Source of the DNA: Paraspadella gotoi
Lineage: Eukaryota; Animalia; Chaetognatha
DNA: 63,817 nt
Assembly (NCBI GenBank): GCA_051294375.1
Contig: CM119264.1
Coordinates: forward strand, 13,226,996-13,290,812
Direction of reading: 5' to 3'
Positions 38,620 through 52,807 of the stretch are shown here, in pieces (the first letter of the stretch is position 1; the number at the start of each line of letters is the position of its first letter). Both the position numbers and the translations under genes were made by a program. A model generated the notes under the pieces. The model worked only from the letters and a program-made list of their open reading frames with translations, was not told the origin of the DNA and searched no databases.

Positions 38620-40441
38620 GGAGGGACGGAGGGAGGTAGAGGAGGTAGGATCGAGAGGGAAGTTACGGATGGAGAAGTTGAGTTATAAGGGATTGAGTCG
38701 AGAAGTTGAGTTGCGAGAATTTCACATCGTTGAGGGAATTTTGGTTGTGAGTGAGGACTGAGTCTGGTAGAAGTTGAAGGGGTGAGAGGCCCGAGTTTGT
38801 GAGGAAAGAAGAAGATGAACCCCGACAGACTTTGAGACGAAAAGTAAGAAGACGATCGGTGAGAGAAGTAAACGACTCCCAAAGACCTCGAGGGTCCTCG
38901 ACCGGATTTTCCTCCCTCTCCCCCCCACCACGAAAACCTTCGCCCCAGGTCAAAAGAGTCCGTGGATGATGCGTCGGGGGATTTCTTCATTAAGTCGCTT
39001 GATCTCGGATGGAGAGAAGGGAAGAAAAAAATTTGGAAGCCCTACTAAAACTAACGTACAGAGGGACAGGCGAAGTGTCAAACTGGCTCGGCGTCCGCAA
39101 GCGGTGACATTAAGAAAAACGGGGTCCAGACACGATGAAAAAAAAAAGGCGCAGCGACGCTTGATCATAATAATAATTATAAATAATATAAAAATCGTCG
39201 GGCTAATTTGGTGCGTTTTCTATGCGTTTGGGGCTTTTATTTCGGTAATTACGAAACGTCTTCACGCATTTAAATTGCGGAAATCTCGAACTCGTTCGCT
39301 TATTTTAGCGGGTCGAAGCTCTGTGCAAGTCCTTGAGATAGGACGCGGGTTTCTCCGCGCGTTTCTCGCTTTTTCCAAAGGTATTTAGCACGCGGCGCAA
39401 CGGGGCCTGTGGGCGTCCGTTCGGTGGGCCGTCCGGGGCCGGGGTATTTCATGCGCGGAGCAAAGAGGTTCCCGGGCCAACTTGAAAAATCCTTAAGAAA
39501 GGAGGTTCGAAATTTCGTTGGGAGAAACGTTGAACTTTTGTTCTTGGGCAAACGGAAAATGAAACTATTGGACAGAATAAATTGTGAATTATAAAATCGA
39601 CGTATTACTTTATGTATATCATAATAAACTAGTGCGTGAATAACACCAAAAGGCTATAAAACAGAGTCACTAATTAGTTTTTTTCAAGGGCTTTCAAGAA
39701 CTTTAAGCCCATGAGCCCTTAAGAGGCTTTTAAACAAGAAGGGAGTCGAGTGTTCCTTAAGTCTTATGTTTCCGAGTTCAAAGTGAGCAAAGATAAATAT
39801 AAAAACGGCCGCACGACGAAGACGACGATAACGATGACGCATGACCGCACGACGAAAAACAAAGCAAAAAGTTGTGAAGAAAAAAATGAAAATAAATATC
39901 AACTTGTCATAGAGGACGATGAACAACGAACGAAGTAATTGTGTGGAGTCAATTTCGGATATAAAAAACTATCTTGACGACGACGGCAAAAGCATGACGA
40001 CGACCGATAACCGGACAACAAAAGAAGAAGCTAGAAGCGCACACGACGACGACGACGCACAACGACGAGAATAGGGATAAATTCTCGGAAGTGATTTGAT
40101 GTCGACCAAACTCAACGCAAATGAACTACTTTTCTCATGGCCGACGAGTCGCGGGAAGATGGAGAGCCAGAGAAGAACAGATGAGCGGGAAGAGGGCGAG
40201 GGACAGAAACGAGAGACCTAAGCGGCAAGATGACGGAGTGAGAGAGAAACGAGAGAGTAGAGAAGCAGAGATGAGAGGACGGAGAGAGAGACTAGACTGA
40301 GATGAGAGAGAGAGAAGAGTCATCGCATAACTTTAAACCTTTCGATAGATAATCAAGATAAAATGGTTTTCCTTCTTGCCCCGGCCATCGCGCTGTCGTA
40401 AACACTCCGACCAAAATTTTGACTCTCTCTCTCTCTCTCTC

Positions 40442-40488
<47 letters not shown>

Positions 40489-40983
40489 TCCTCTTCTCTC
40501 TCTCTCATCCTCGTTTCCTACAACTCCCCCAGTCGTAACCATTTCAGAGTTCTTCGTCCTCTGTCGAGAACTGCACGGATGGCGTGCCGACTCTCTCTCG
40601 CGATGCGCAAGTATGGCTGACATTTTCTGGCGCGGATGCCCTACATGCCCAAAAGACCGCGCAGCGAACGCTTGCAATTCTTTTCTTCTCGAATTTTAAA
40701 ATATTTTTAAGTTAATATGAGTCGATGTTACAAATGGTATACTGTTTTTTGCGAAGAATGATAATCAAGAGTTAATTTTCTCTCACTTGAGAAGAGAGAG
40801 AGAGATGAGAGGAGAGAGAGAGAGAAGAGGACGGGAGAGAAAGAGAGGATAGAGAGAGACGAGGAGTTTTATTTCATTCTCTCTTTCTTACTTGCTTTTC
40901 ATCTCTCTTTCTTTTTCAATCTCTTTCGTTTTAATCAATAAAAGCCCACTCTTTCTCAGATTGTTAAGACAGGAGCAAAATGG
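38620..40983 (+). repeat. indel-rich direct copy of host segment 27881-30047
   Basis: The two segments are colinear throughout (e.g. GAGAAGTTGAGTTGCGAGAATTTCACAT, AAGGAGGTTCGAAATTTCGTTGG, TTTAAGCCCATGAGCCCTTAAGAGGC), and differences are dominated by 1-nt insertions. Confidence 0.95.
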
Positions 40984-41156
40984 ATGCCCTGACATGCCCA
41001 AAATGCCGCGCAAGCGAACGCTTCAATTTCTTTTACTCTCGAATTTTAAAATATTTTAAAATTATTGAGTCGATGTTAACAAATGGTTACAAAATGTTTT
41101 GCGAAGAATGATAATCAAGAGTTAATTTTCTCTTCACCTTTGAAAGAAGATAGAGA

Positions 41157-41194
<38 letters not shown>

Positions 41195-41195
41195 T

Positions 41196-41226
<31 letters not shown>

Positions 41227-41347
41227 TTTTATTCATTATCTCTTCCTTTCTACTTGCTTTTCATCCTCCTATTCTTTCAATCTCTTTCGTTTTTAATCAA
41301 ATAAAAAAGCCCACTCTTTCTCAGATGTTAAGACAGCGAGCAAAATG
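40981..41347 (+). repeat. further copy of 29701-30047; another noisy copy extending further 3' lies at ~43707-44400
   Basis: GGATGCCCTGACATG...GTCGATGTT...AAGCCCACTCTT..CAGATGTTAA recurs at ~29701, ~40635, ~40982 and ~43711. Confidence 0.9.
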
Positions 41348-43196
41348 GTTTTCCATCTAGGAAAGGAGAGGGCTCTCTGTCGTCGTTGGATAATAGCTTC
41401 AGGTCTTTGCCTCTTGCCTTGACTAAAATAATATAAACTATATATATATAAAATAATATATAAATATAAATAATATAATATAAATAATAATATGGGTCAC
41501 TTCGTTCCAGTGTTTCTTTTTTTTCTTTCCTTTTTGTTGTTTCTCTTTCTTCAGCCTAATTTTTCCATACGGTTTATTATACTCCTCTTTTTCGTTCGCT
41601 AGATATCTCTCACTTCATCTTTTCTCTATCTCTCTCCTCTCTCTTTCGTCCCTCTTTCTCGTCTCTCTCTTCCCTCTTCTCTCTCTCTCGTCTCTCTCTC
41701 TCTCTCTTCTCTCATCTCTCTCTCTCTCTCTCTCTCTCTGCTCCAATTGGGCTAATACTCAGAAGCCTCGTATCAGCGCAGCGTCCAGGACAACAGGCCG
41801 CGCGGCGGCCAGGAGGGCTCGCTTCCCCTGCCAAACTCTCGACTTTACTTCGCTCGGCTCTAACTTAACTCCTCTTCCTCTTCCCTCCTTATCTCCCGGA
41901 TCCGCGCGCTGCAAAAAGTCGGCCTGCAGCGTGCGCGAACTTACTCTTTTCTCTCTCTCTTACCCTCGTCACCGCCGAGTTTCTTCTTCTCTGCCTCCGA
42001 GCGAGTTCGATTATGGGTTCGCGCGGATCGGGAGTCTTTTTTTTGAAAAAAAAGAAAGGAAAAAAAAGAAAGAAAGAAAAAAAAAACGGAAAGGAAAGAA
42101 AGAAAGAAAAAAGGAATGAAAAAAAAAAATATTACAAATTGAAACAATAAAATAAACCAATAAACAAAAAAAATTAAATAAGGAAAGTATAAGAAATGGG
42201 GGGAAAAAAAAAAGAAATTTATTGAGGAATATTTAAACAGAAAAATTAAAATAACGAGATGTGAAAAATTTATGCTATATTTGTTTCTTTTTTTATTTTA
42301 AAGAATTTTGAGCTAAAACATAATAAATATTACTAAAAAAGATATAAAATCTAAATAACATGATTTTAAATATGGCTGAAAACATTTTTTTAAATATGGA
42401 TAAAGAATAAAAACTGATCGCAAATAAAGGGATTATATATATTAATTATTGCACTTTTGTTACGGATCGCACGAGGAACCATTTGAAGAGTAAAATAAGT
42501 AGCATAAAATATTTTTTTAAATCAAAGTTAGAAAATAAAAATCGTAGCTCTGCACCTTGCTGAATATTTCTTTAAATAAATAAAAAATTTTTGTATTTAT
42601 TTTCAATTTTTTAAAATAATAGGTTGAAAAAAAAATTCTTAAAATTTTGGATATTGTAAATTGCCTAAATTAATTGCAAAGATTAGAAAGTACAGAGAGT
42701 GCAGACGGGCAAAGAGCCAAGAGAGAGCAAGAGAGGAGTGTGAGAGAGAGATGAGATGGATACCGCGAGAGAGAGAGAGAGAGATCCGGTCCCCGATCCG
42801 CTCGGACTTTCGACGGAAGAAGCCCGACTCACCATCAGGAGGCGGAGAGAGGACAAAGATCTTCCCCCCGATTCAAGGCATTCGAGCGGAAGAAGCCCCG
42901 GAAAGAGAAGTGAGTCGGTCGCAGACCCACGACGATGACGCGTGTTTACAGCCGCATCAATGTGACATCACTCGCATACCCCCAAACTAACCCTCACTCC
43001 ACAAGCAACCACAAGAGTGAACGACACATCGACTGTCCTACGGTAAACGGTACGCACCAACCCGCGCACGCGTACACTGCTTCGTCGGGACGCACTAGCG
43101 GGGGACCGCGGGGCAGCGAGACAGGAAAAGAAACACCGGCGGAGCTGCGAGTGAGGTGTATATGACTTCTTCCTATCTCTCTCTCTCCCCTCTCTA

Positions 43197-43232
<36 letters not shown>

Positions 43233-43395
43233 GCCCTCTTCTCTTGGCTCGCTCTTTTTTTTTTTTTCTCTTACCCGATTCATTGCAGAGACAGAATTGA
43301 GTCTTCGTAATTTTTGTCCCTCTTATCGCGAAAAAGGATGCCCTACCGAGGCTCATTCTCGTTCAACTCCTCTCTTCTCTCTCTCTCTCTCTCTC

Positions 43396-43436
<41 letters not shown>

Positions 43437-43640
43437 TTCTCTCTCGCTCTCTTATCTTTACCCTCTCGGTTACCCCTCCCCTCTCTTTCTTTTTCCCTTC
43501 TTAAAAAACACATAATATCACTTTTTGCGTCTGATTCAAGTCTATAGAAAAGGATTTTATGTTTTACTGGAGACGGCTGAGGAGAGATGCACGAAAGGAG
43601 AGAGAGAGAGAGAGAGAGAGATGGAGCGAAAGAGAGAGAG

Positions 43641-43680
<40 letters not shown>

Positions 43681-44469
43681 ANNNNNNNNNNNNNNNNNNN
43701 NNNNNNCAATGGATGCCCTTGACATGCAAAATGCCCTAGCGCAGCGAACGCTTCCAATCTTTTACATCTCGAATTTAAAATATTTAATAATTATTGAGTC
43801 GATGTTCTAACAACAGTGGTTGAGCAAATGTTTTGCGAAGATGAGTAAATCAAAGAGTTAATTTTGCTCTTCCACCTTTGGATAAGAGTAGAGAGAGAGA
43901 GACGAGAAAAGGAGAGAGAGAGAGCAGAAGAGAGTAGAGAGAGAGAAGAGAGAGAAGAGAGGAGAGAGAGTTTTGAGTTCATTCGTTCTCTCTTTTTACT
44001 TGCTTCTGTTCATTCCGTCTCTGTCTTGTCAATCTCTTTCGTTTGTTAATCAAATTAACAAGCCCACTCTTCTCAGATGTTAATGGACAGGGAGCAAACA
44101 TGGTTCCCACTGAGGAAAGGAAGAAGCTCTCTGTGCGTTCGTTGACGTATAATAGCCTTTCAGGGTCTTGCCTCTTGAGCCCTGAGCTAAAGTACATAAA
44201 CTCATCAATATAATATACAAATTTAGTACAGGATAAATATGACGGATATAATATAAATAATAATCATGGCGTCACTTGCGTTCCAGTGTTTCTTTTTTTT
44301 CTTTTTTTGTGTTCTCTGCTTCTTACACCCTAATTTTTGGCCATACGGTTTCATTATACTGCCTATGCTTTTCGTTCGCTAACTTATCTCTCACTCTTAC
44401 TCTTTCTCGTAGCGGTCTCTCTCTCTTCTTCCCTCTTTCTCTCTACTCTCGTCGGCTCTCGTCCTCTCT

Positions 44470-44885
44470 CTCTCTCTCTCTCCGTCTCTCTCTCTCTCTC
44501 TCTCTCGTCTCTCTCTCTTTTCTCTTGCTCGCTCTTTTTTTTTCTCTTCCCGATTCATAGCAGAATTGAGTCTCGTAATTTTTGTCCCTCTTATCGCGAA
44601 AAGGACTGCCCTACCTAGGCCTCATTCTCGTCACTCTCTCTCTCTCTCTCTCCGTCTCTCTCTCTCTTCTCTCTCTCTCTCTCCTCTTTTTCTCTCTCGC
44701 TCTCTTATCTCTTACCCTCTCGGTTACCCACTACCCCTATCTCATTTCTTTTTCCCTACTTTAAAAAAACATAGTATATCTTTTTGCATCTGATTCAGTC
44801 ATAAAAAGATAACTATGTTTCTGGAGACGGCTAGGAGATGCACGAGAGAGAGAGAGAGGAGAATGGAGCGAAAGAGAGAGAGAGC
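44470..44885 (+). repeat. noisy direct copy of ~43170-43680
   Basis: Shared CAGAATTGAGTCT..GTAATTTTTGTCCCTCTTATCGCGAAAA and CTGGAGACGGCT..GAGATGCACGA. Confidence 0.9.
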
Positions 44886-45439
44886 AAATTATAGGTGACG
44901 TTCCCCCTACCTACTCTACGACCCAGGACTAGGTCCAACCAAAGAGCGGGAATTACTCAGCGAAGCACGACTTCCTCCGGCGGCGAGAAGTAAGTCGCTT
45001 CACTAGATTTCGAACTAAATTTGACCAGCGAAGGAAGACGGTCTCGTCCTTCTCTCTTCTGTTTCCGTCCTCTCTCGATCCTCATTCGCCAAGGGCTAAC
45101 CTCGGAAATTTCGGACGAAAATTTAATAGAAATTTCTCGTAGGAAAAATAACTTATTTCAATGTGCAATTTCAAAAAAGGAGAAAACTATCTTGAAACGC
45201 TATGCAATATTTTTTTTCAATAGCATACGATATCATTGACATAAAAAAAAAAAGTAAAAATAATATATTTTTTCCAATGCAGCATATCGGCCTTCCATGC
45301 AAAGTATTTACGTCCAAAATTAATAACAAAAATATTAAAACATGATAAATATTGATATGGAAATAACAAATATCAAAGGTAATTGTTTTTCCCAGTCTCC
45401 ATAATCAAATTCAAAATAAAGTAAGATTAGAATGCAGAG

Positions 45440-45880
45440 TCCTTAACCCGGTTACTTCCTCAATATAGCCAATCTGATCTCTGTGGTGCACAGTCTTCAC
45501 CTGTCTCTTTGTTGGGAAATGCCCTGGGAACGTGGTTTTAGACGGGAGTCGCATTCTGAAAAGGCGCCCATCGGACCAAAGAGTAAGAACAAAAGTTCGT
45601 CAGTTCGGAATAAGAAACCATCCGCTAGACGATGCTGTTTTAAGTCAGTGTTTCCCAAGAGTACTGTGCTGTTTAAGAAAATTAAACTGCCTCTATACCA
45701 AGATCAAAAAACTTAAGTTCATTATAATGAAACGAGCATAATGTATGGACTACTTTATCAGCAGATACGCGTAAATTTTAACACAAATTCGAATAAGAAT
45801 ACAAACTCCTGTAGGTTATTACATAACAGCAATTGTATGAAAACAAAATTTGTTAGTGAATTTTTAACACAGATTATTAG
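45440..45880 (+). mobile_element. possible degenerate Merlin/ISXO2-like transposase N-terminal remnant
   Basis: Fragments LLPQYSQSDLCG, RCCFKSVFPKSTVLFKKIKLPLYQ and TAIV*..KFVSE loosely follow the Merlin N-terminal pattern. No DDE core or TIRs were seen. Confidence 0.3.
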
Positions 45881-47656
45881 ACAACTAAGTATGATAGTAT
45901 TTTCACTGTGATTATATTTCAAAAATTATTATTATAATCACGACAGGGAAACAGTTAAGAAACTACCTCATATCATTGTTTAATCTCCAGAGCTTTTAGT
46001 AATAATCGAAAACAAGTATCCTGAAGCTCCTATTTTGTAAAGATTATTAGAACTTACCTTGTTCATATTAATTTTAATTGTACTTTAGATAGATAATCAC
46101 TGAGTGATAAACTACAACTCATATTTTCTTATCGACTTAAACTGATCTCACCCTCGCATCCGAACCCTCAATAATAAACATAATCTGAAGAATAATCAAC
46201 ATTTAGAATTTCAGCACTGTGTTTATAATTATTACTTTGTATATTCTTGTTGTATTTTTTTTTATGCACTTATTTATCCAAATTTGAGCGAATTTAAAAT
46301 AAGTGTTATACTTCATTGTTTACAAATATTTTTCGTACATAATTTTGGGGTGAATAAAAGTTGATCTTTAAGAATAAACACACAGCAAAGAAAACTTAAT
46401 ATCATGTAAAAGATTTAATTTCGAAAATAGAGTATCATAAATGTTAAGACCATCTTATCTTTGACATGTTGTGTAGTCTCAGAAAACAGCACTATAATAA
46501 AGAACCACACATGTTCGCCGCCACAATATGTACTAGAAATTAAACGGCCGAAAGCGTACGACATTGGCAGGACACATGTATGAGATATGCGTAATACACG
46601 CCGTGAAGAGAAGCTCGAAGCGTTCTACGTTTACTATTAATCAACTAAAATTATAAAAGATATCAGGTTTACATTGACCAGCACTTTCACAGCGCATATA
46701 TAAATATACGCATAGACTCGCTTACAGTTGCCAGAATAACACTTGATATACCTTGAGATTGAAAATACCAAAAAAGCAAACAAGCTATGAAAGAGAGATG
46801 ACATTAATTAATGCCGTTAGAATACGTAATGGTATCAAGAAAATTTGTTCTAGTAAAAATTGTTTGAAGCTATGCTTGTTCAAGCATGATAAAATTTGCA
46901 AAAAAGGATATTACAACGTATAAAGTATAAAATGTAGTACAAACCAGAGAAAAGAAGGTTCCATACATTTTGTTGATAAATGCCTAGTAATACTTTAGTG
47001 ATTAATTGATTATAAACGATATATTTGCTTACTAAAGAGGCTCGAAAAAGCAAAAAGAACTGATAGCGACAGGAACGTGTTACGAGAAAAAAGGAAAAGG
47101 GACCAAAGGCGCCGGAAAAAAGGACGACCAACTGACATACAACCCGAGCAAAAAAAACCGAAAACAGGGGGCTAATTTTCTTCGGCGAGAGTCATCTCGC
47201 ACCAATAGGCCACCGCGCACCGAAAACGCCCCGTGTGAGCTAAAAGAAAAAAGGCGAGACATCTGCGCTCATTTTCGAGGGCAAAAGTCACGACTCGCGA
47301 GAAACAACAAAAAACAAAGAAGAGAATGAGAACCTGACCGAAAGCCAATATAGCAGACCGGCAGAGAGGTAAGAGGAAAAAAGTAAAGGAGACGGAAAAG
47401 AAAAGTAACAGAGGTAGAGTAAACCAAATCATTCTCCGCCCGCGGCTCGCGTCTTATCTTCTATTATTTGGAGAGAGGAAGAGAGAGACATAAAGAGAGG
47501 ATAAAACTCTTTATTTTTTCGATATATCGAAATTATTCATATTTAGAGATATGATGATTGTTGTATTCTGATGGTATGAGTGATTTAGTACATTTGATTA
47601 GGTGTTTCTATGTCTGTGCCTTCTATCCTTTTGGTGTTTTTTCTGTTATTTTTATT

Positions 47657-48370
47657 GGGATCCTGTCAGAATTTAGAAAACCCGGACAAATCATGGAAGA
47701 AGCGAGCGAGCCGTAGAGAGGAGATGTAGCAAACATGGAGAGTTCGGGGGCGACCCGGAAGAAGTAAAAACCAAACAGGTGATTGAAAAATAGTAGCAGG
47801 CGTAGAACGGCGAAAAGTTTGAAAGAAGACAATAAGGAAGATCAAGGGGACTCATGAACTTTTCAGAGACTAGCCAATAAGAAAGCACGCGGAGAGAAAA
47901 AAAGCAACAGAAACAACAAACAGCATGTCGTTCACTTCAGCGAATATCTTCAGAGACGAAGGACTGGACTAATGCAAATCGTATATAAAACCGTCGCGAA
48001 TAAGCGAATATAATGACGAAGATAGAAAGAAAAGAAATGAGAGAGAAGATGCAGTAGAATGAAGGACCGAGATGAGAAAGAGAGAGAAGAGAGAGACGGA
48101 GACGAGAGTGAGAGAGAGAGAACTGGGAGATTAGCAAATAATCATAGTTTAGTAGATGCTCAAGAGGCAGAACTTGCGCGAGAGATAGAAATTAGTATTC
48201 AAACCTGTAATGAGATATGATTGGAGATATTGAAACTAAAGATTTAGTGAAAGATATCACTCCGTTTCCCTTTGTTTTACATGCAAAAATAAAAAAAAGT
48301 GAGTCCTCACGACGACGCAGAACTAAGTGGACGTAAGAAGACAGAAATAATATTGACATTGATCCAAGAA
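47657..48370 (+). repeat. very noisy copy of 48418-48940
   Basis: Both start GGATCCTG(T)CAGAATTTAGAA and share ..GTTTCCCTTT.GTTTT and GTGAGTCCTCA. This copy is inflated by many insertions. Confidence 0.8.
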
Positions 48371-49585
48371 GTGCAAAAACGGTCAGGCATCTCCCTTCCT
48401 TTTCCCGATTTTGACCAGGATCCTGCAGAATTTAGAACCGGAGTGGAGCGGAGAGCGAGAGGGGTTCAAGCTGGGGTTCGGGGATCCAAGGTGTGAAATG
48501 ATGCAGGGCGTGAAGGGGCGAAGTTTACAAAGGAGTAGGGATCGCTTTGGGCCCATAAAAGAGCGGAGAGATAAGCGGGGAGCTCATTAGTCGGTTCGGA
48601 GAAGGATGGAACTAATGAATCGTATTAAAACGTCGCGGGGCGAATTAATGCCGAGAGATAGAAAGAAAGAAAGAGAGAGAGAGAGAGGAGGAGAGAGAGA
48701 GAGAGAGAGAGGACTGAGAGAGAGCAGAGAGAGAGACTGGGAACTAGCAGTAATAATATTTATTGGCTCAAGAGAGAGATTGCGGAGAGATAGATTCGTA
48801 TTCAACAACCTTTGGTTCGAGTTGGGATTTGAACGAAGCTTTAGTGAGAGATTTCACTCGTTTCCCTTTTGTTTTCTGCCAAAATAAAAAAGGTGAGTCC
48901 TCAGAGACGCCTGGTGGACGTTTGGACATTGTCCAGGGCAAAACGAAATTAAATTTTTGAAAGCTCGGAGAAATGTAGGCAAAATGATTAATTTAAAATG
49001 AAAAAACATACTAGACAAAAATATATTATTCCTAATCTGTTTTCCATCAGTGAAATTTGTGACTTGCGAAATCATTCGAAGTTTATGTCTCGTGAAAAGG
49101 GAAGAAAAATTTGCATTTCACTTAAATCCCAACGTTGGAAGAAAATCTTCTTGTTCAAAAAACAGAATTTTTTTGCATCATTTTTTTCCCCTTTTTTTCT
49201 ATTTAAACCGAACATTAAAATTCTTCTTTTATTTTTTTTCTCTTTTTAATTATTCTTTTGTTGTATCATTTATTTCCTATTGTTTTTATTAATTCGCGTT
49301 TTCCAACTTTGTTTATTTTCTCACTTTTCTTTCTTTTTTTTTCTATTCTTTTTCCATTTGTTAATATTTTGTTTTGTGTCTCACTTTTTTCTTTTTCGCT
49401 CCTCATATTTTCTCGTTTTCTACTTTGGAAGATCCCCGGCGCCATTTTGTGAGAAAATGCTTTTCACGGACGTGAAACGAGAGAAGCCTCGCTTTTTTTC
49501 CGGTGAACTTCTTTTTCCGTGAATTCTTTTCCATTTTTTGTCTCCGCCTGAAGAAGTTTCTTTGGTGGAATTTTTGAGAAAGAGC

Positions 49586-49626
<41 letters not shown>

Positions 49627-50002
49627 ATTATAAATAATGTTAGAAGCTAAATTTTTTTAAATTTCATTGTTTTGTTAAATAATTGAATATTTTGTGACCT
49701 CGCTCCGGTCATTATTTACCTGCTCCATGTTAAAGCCAGATCAGCTTACGGCCGACGAATTGAATGCGCGACCCTCGAGGCATTGAAAAATAATAAACAT
49801 TTTCTACAATAACTTTAAGTCAATGTTTCCCTCAAGAGTCGAACATTTTCCTCTCATTTTTTTTTTTTTTTTCGTTTTCCTCAGTCCCTTCGCCATTGAA
49901 CTCGACAGCGAATGAAATATCGCTTTTTAGATCATCTCNNNNNNNNNNNNNNNNNNNNNNNNNAGACGAGAGAGAGCGAAGAGACTAGATGAGAGAGAGA
50001 GA

Positions 50003-50035
<33 letters not shown>

Positions 50036-50899
50036 GATAGAAGAGAGAGAGAGAAGAGAAAGCCAGAGAGAGAGAGTAAGGAGTTTGTAATATTTTTCGT
50101 TCTTTCTCAGTACCTGAAAAAGTGAAAACCTTATGATAAATGCAAAGAGGAAAAATTGCCCATCTTTTTCTGTTCTAATGGAGGCTCGAAAAGGAAAATT
50201 GGAAGACAAAAAAGGCTGGGGTAAAAAATTTTTAAGTTATGTTGCAGCAAGAAAATAAACGTTGTATGGAAGAAGCTGCAGAAAACGCTTCTCTCTAAAA
50301 AAAAAATTGAAAATACAGAAACTAAAAAATAAAATTCTTATTTTTTCAAACGTCAACAATACCGTTGGTTGTTGATAAATTGCTTAGAATTCAGTAATAA
50401 ATCTGTCACATCGATATTACGCTAAGGGAAATTGACGAAGTCCCTTTTGAAGTGATTTTTAAGCAGAGAGAAAAAAAGTCAAATCGTCCAAAAAAGCAGT
50501 TGAATTACTAAATTAAAAAATAATGAATGAATGAATTAATGAATGAATGAAATAATGAACGAATTAATTAACGAATGAATGAATAGATTAATTAATTAAT
50601 TAATTAATTAACGAAATAATTTAAGCAAGCAAAGCAACCAAGCAAGCAAAGCAAGCCAGAAAAAAATTATTAGAAAAAACATTCCTCTCTGACCGAAAAG
50701 AAATCATTTTTGCCTCAAGGATAAAATAAGGAGATAACGTGGAAGAAGAAAAAGGAAAAAGACAAGAAAGTCGAGTATAGATATTGAAGGAGGTGAGGAA
50801 GGATGGAGGTAAAGGAAGAGGACAAAAAGGAGGAAAAGAAAAAAAAGGAAAGGAAATTAAGAATTAGATATCGAGAAATAAAACGACATTGACGTGAAG

Positions 50900-51220
50900 G
50901 ATAACGATGAAAGTGGGAAAGAGAAAGAGAAAGAGAAAAAGAAAGAGAAAGAGAAGCGAAACGACGAAAAGAACGAGAAGAATAAAGAAGAGAAGGAGAA
51001 CGAGAAGGAGAACGATTCGATTGCGGATGAAAACAAAGGGACAGATGTAAACGAGGAGGAAAACGAGGAGAACGAGAAGGAGAACGAGAATAAAGAGGAG
51101 AATGAGGAAGAAAATTAAGAAAACGAGGAGAACTAAGAGGAGAACGAAAAGATGAAATTAGAAATCGAGGAGGAAAAAGGAAAAAGAAGGAATAAGAGAA
51201 GGAGGAAGAAAAAGAGGAGG
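50900..51220. repeat. purine-rich degenerate GAGAAC/GAGGAA repeat
   Basis: Repeated AACGAGAAGGAG-like units produce a low-complexity E/K/N ORF. Confidence 0.8.
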
Positions 51221-51714
51221 CGAGTCCGAGACGGAGATGGAACTGAGGACTCTCAAGGACCTTGGGAAATCTTAGCCCTCGGGCAGCGCGGCGGTCGTGT
51301 GGGGGGGGGAGGGTTAATCGATGGGACGGATTTGCGGACGAAGTCAGGGTAAGGAGGGTTAATCTTAGGGGTGAATCTGAGTCTAGGATGAAGTGGTCGA
51401 GTGGCCAAATAGAAATTGTTTTTTTTAAGACCAACATACTTGAGACATTGAGACGTGAGCCGTGACGAGAGGAAAAGGGTTTCACAATCTAATTCTCTGT
51501 CGTTATCCTTCCGGTTATAATTTTGACGCATCCTGTTATCGAGAAAGTGAGGATCACCCTTTTCTCCGAAAAAGCCCTTTTACATAGCTGCCGTTACCGC
51601 ATGGCAGAGGCGGCGGCGGTGGCGGCGGTGGCGGTGGCGGTGGCGGTGGCAAAGACTTAACTACATTTTTGTCATTTGTATCTGAGAAAAATGAAATGCG
51701 GTTACGACATCATA

Positions 51715-51779
<65 letters not shown>

Positions 51780-51780
51780 C
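51715..51780. repeat. (GAC)n microsatellite (others at ~1665, 6983, 24223, 55198, 56200)
   Basis: Directly visible trinucleotide run. Confidence 0.99.
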
Positions 51781-52702
51781 AGCAACGACCATGATGATAA
51801 CAACAACAATGCCAGCGTCGACCGGACTGTCCATCAACCCGATCCCCGGTGTCAACTCTCAAGAAAAAGTGCAATCTTAGGAGGGATAATGAAAAGCTCG
51901 TCAACGTCGTCTTCATCGTCGTCGTCGTCGTCATTTGTTGTCGTCGTCCCTCTTGTTGCGTGTGCCTTATGAAAAAAATGACATCTAGGAAAGTTAGAAA
52001 AAATACACCTTCCTTTTAATAGAAAAAAAAAATTAAGAAAAGAGAAAAACAAATTAGACTTTAATGTTTAGTCTATAATCCCATTTTTTTATTCGAAACA
52101 GTTTTTGTTAATGTTGATGATATGTAATTATATATCGGCAACTAAGCAAAAAAATTTTATTTTTTATGCAGAGAAAATTAAAAAAAGTCATGAGAGAAAC
52201 GAAGAAAGAAAAAAAGTATCACTTAAAATGTATTTCTAGTTAAGTTAGTTAAATTCATTTTCACATTTATAATTTTATAAAATTATAAATCTTTTTTAAC
52301 TTAAGACGGACCTTTTTTTTTATTCTCTTTTTAACTAAAAGTCAACGATCGTTCATTTCGTTCATTAATTATTTCGTTCGCTCGTTCATCAAGTTGAGCG
52401 GTTGAAAGGGAGTCCCGTCCCTCGACTCGCGAAATGGATATTCCCGTCTAACTTGAGATAATAAACGTTTCTAGATTAAAAAAAAAGGGGAAAAATTAAT
52501 CTGCCAGGACTATATTTTTTGTTCCCCTGTCATCGCTAGAATAAATATTTTCTCAGCTCGCCAGTCTCTTTAATTCCCTTTAATTCTCGCTGATGCTCGC
52601 AGTAAATTAGTATATTTATCAATTATAAGATACAAAAGAGAAATTTTTAAAAAAAAATCGGTATCTGTTTTGCTTTTAATTAAATTGAAACGTGTCCGAT
52701 GC

Positions 52703-52807
<105 letters not shown>

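Noticed and set aside
50715-51485. 256-aa minus-strand ORF and E/K/N-rich plus-strand ORFs
   Set aside because: They are explained by a stop-poor purine-rich repeat, and no recognisable motif is present.
51601-51660. ATG followed by a poly-Ala/Val stretch
   Set aside because: It is a (GGCGGT)n repeat that stops after 19 codons, with no splice support.
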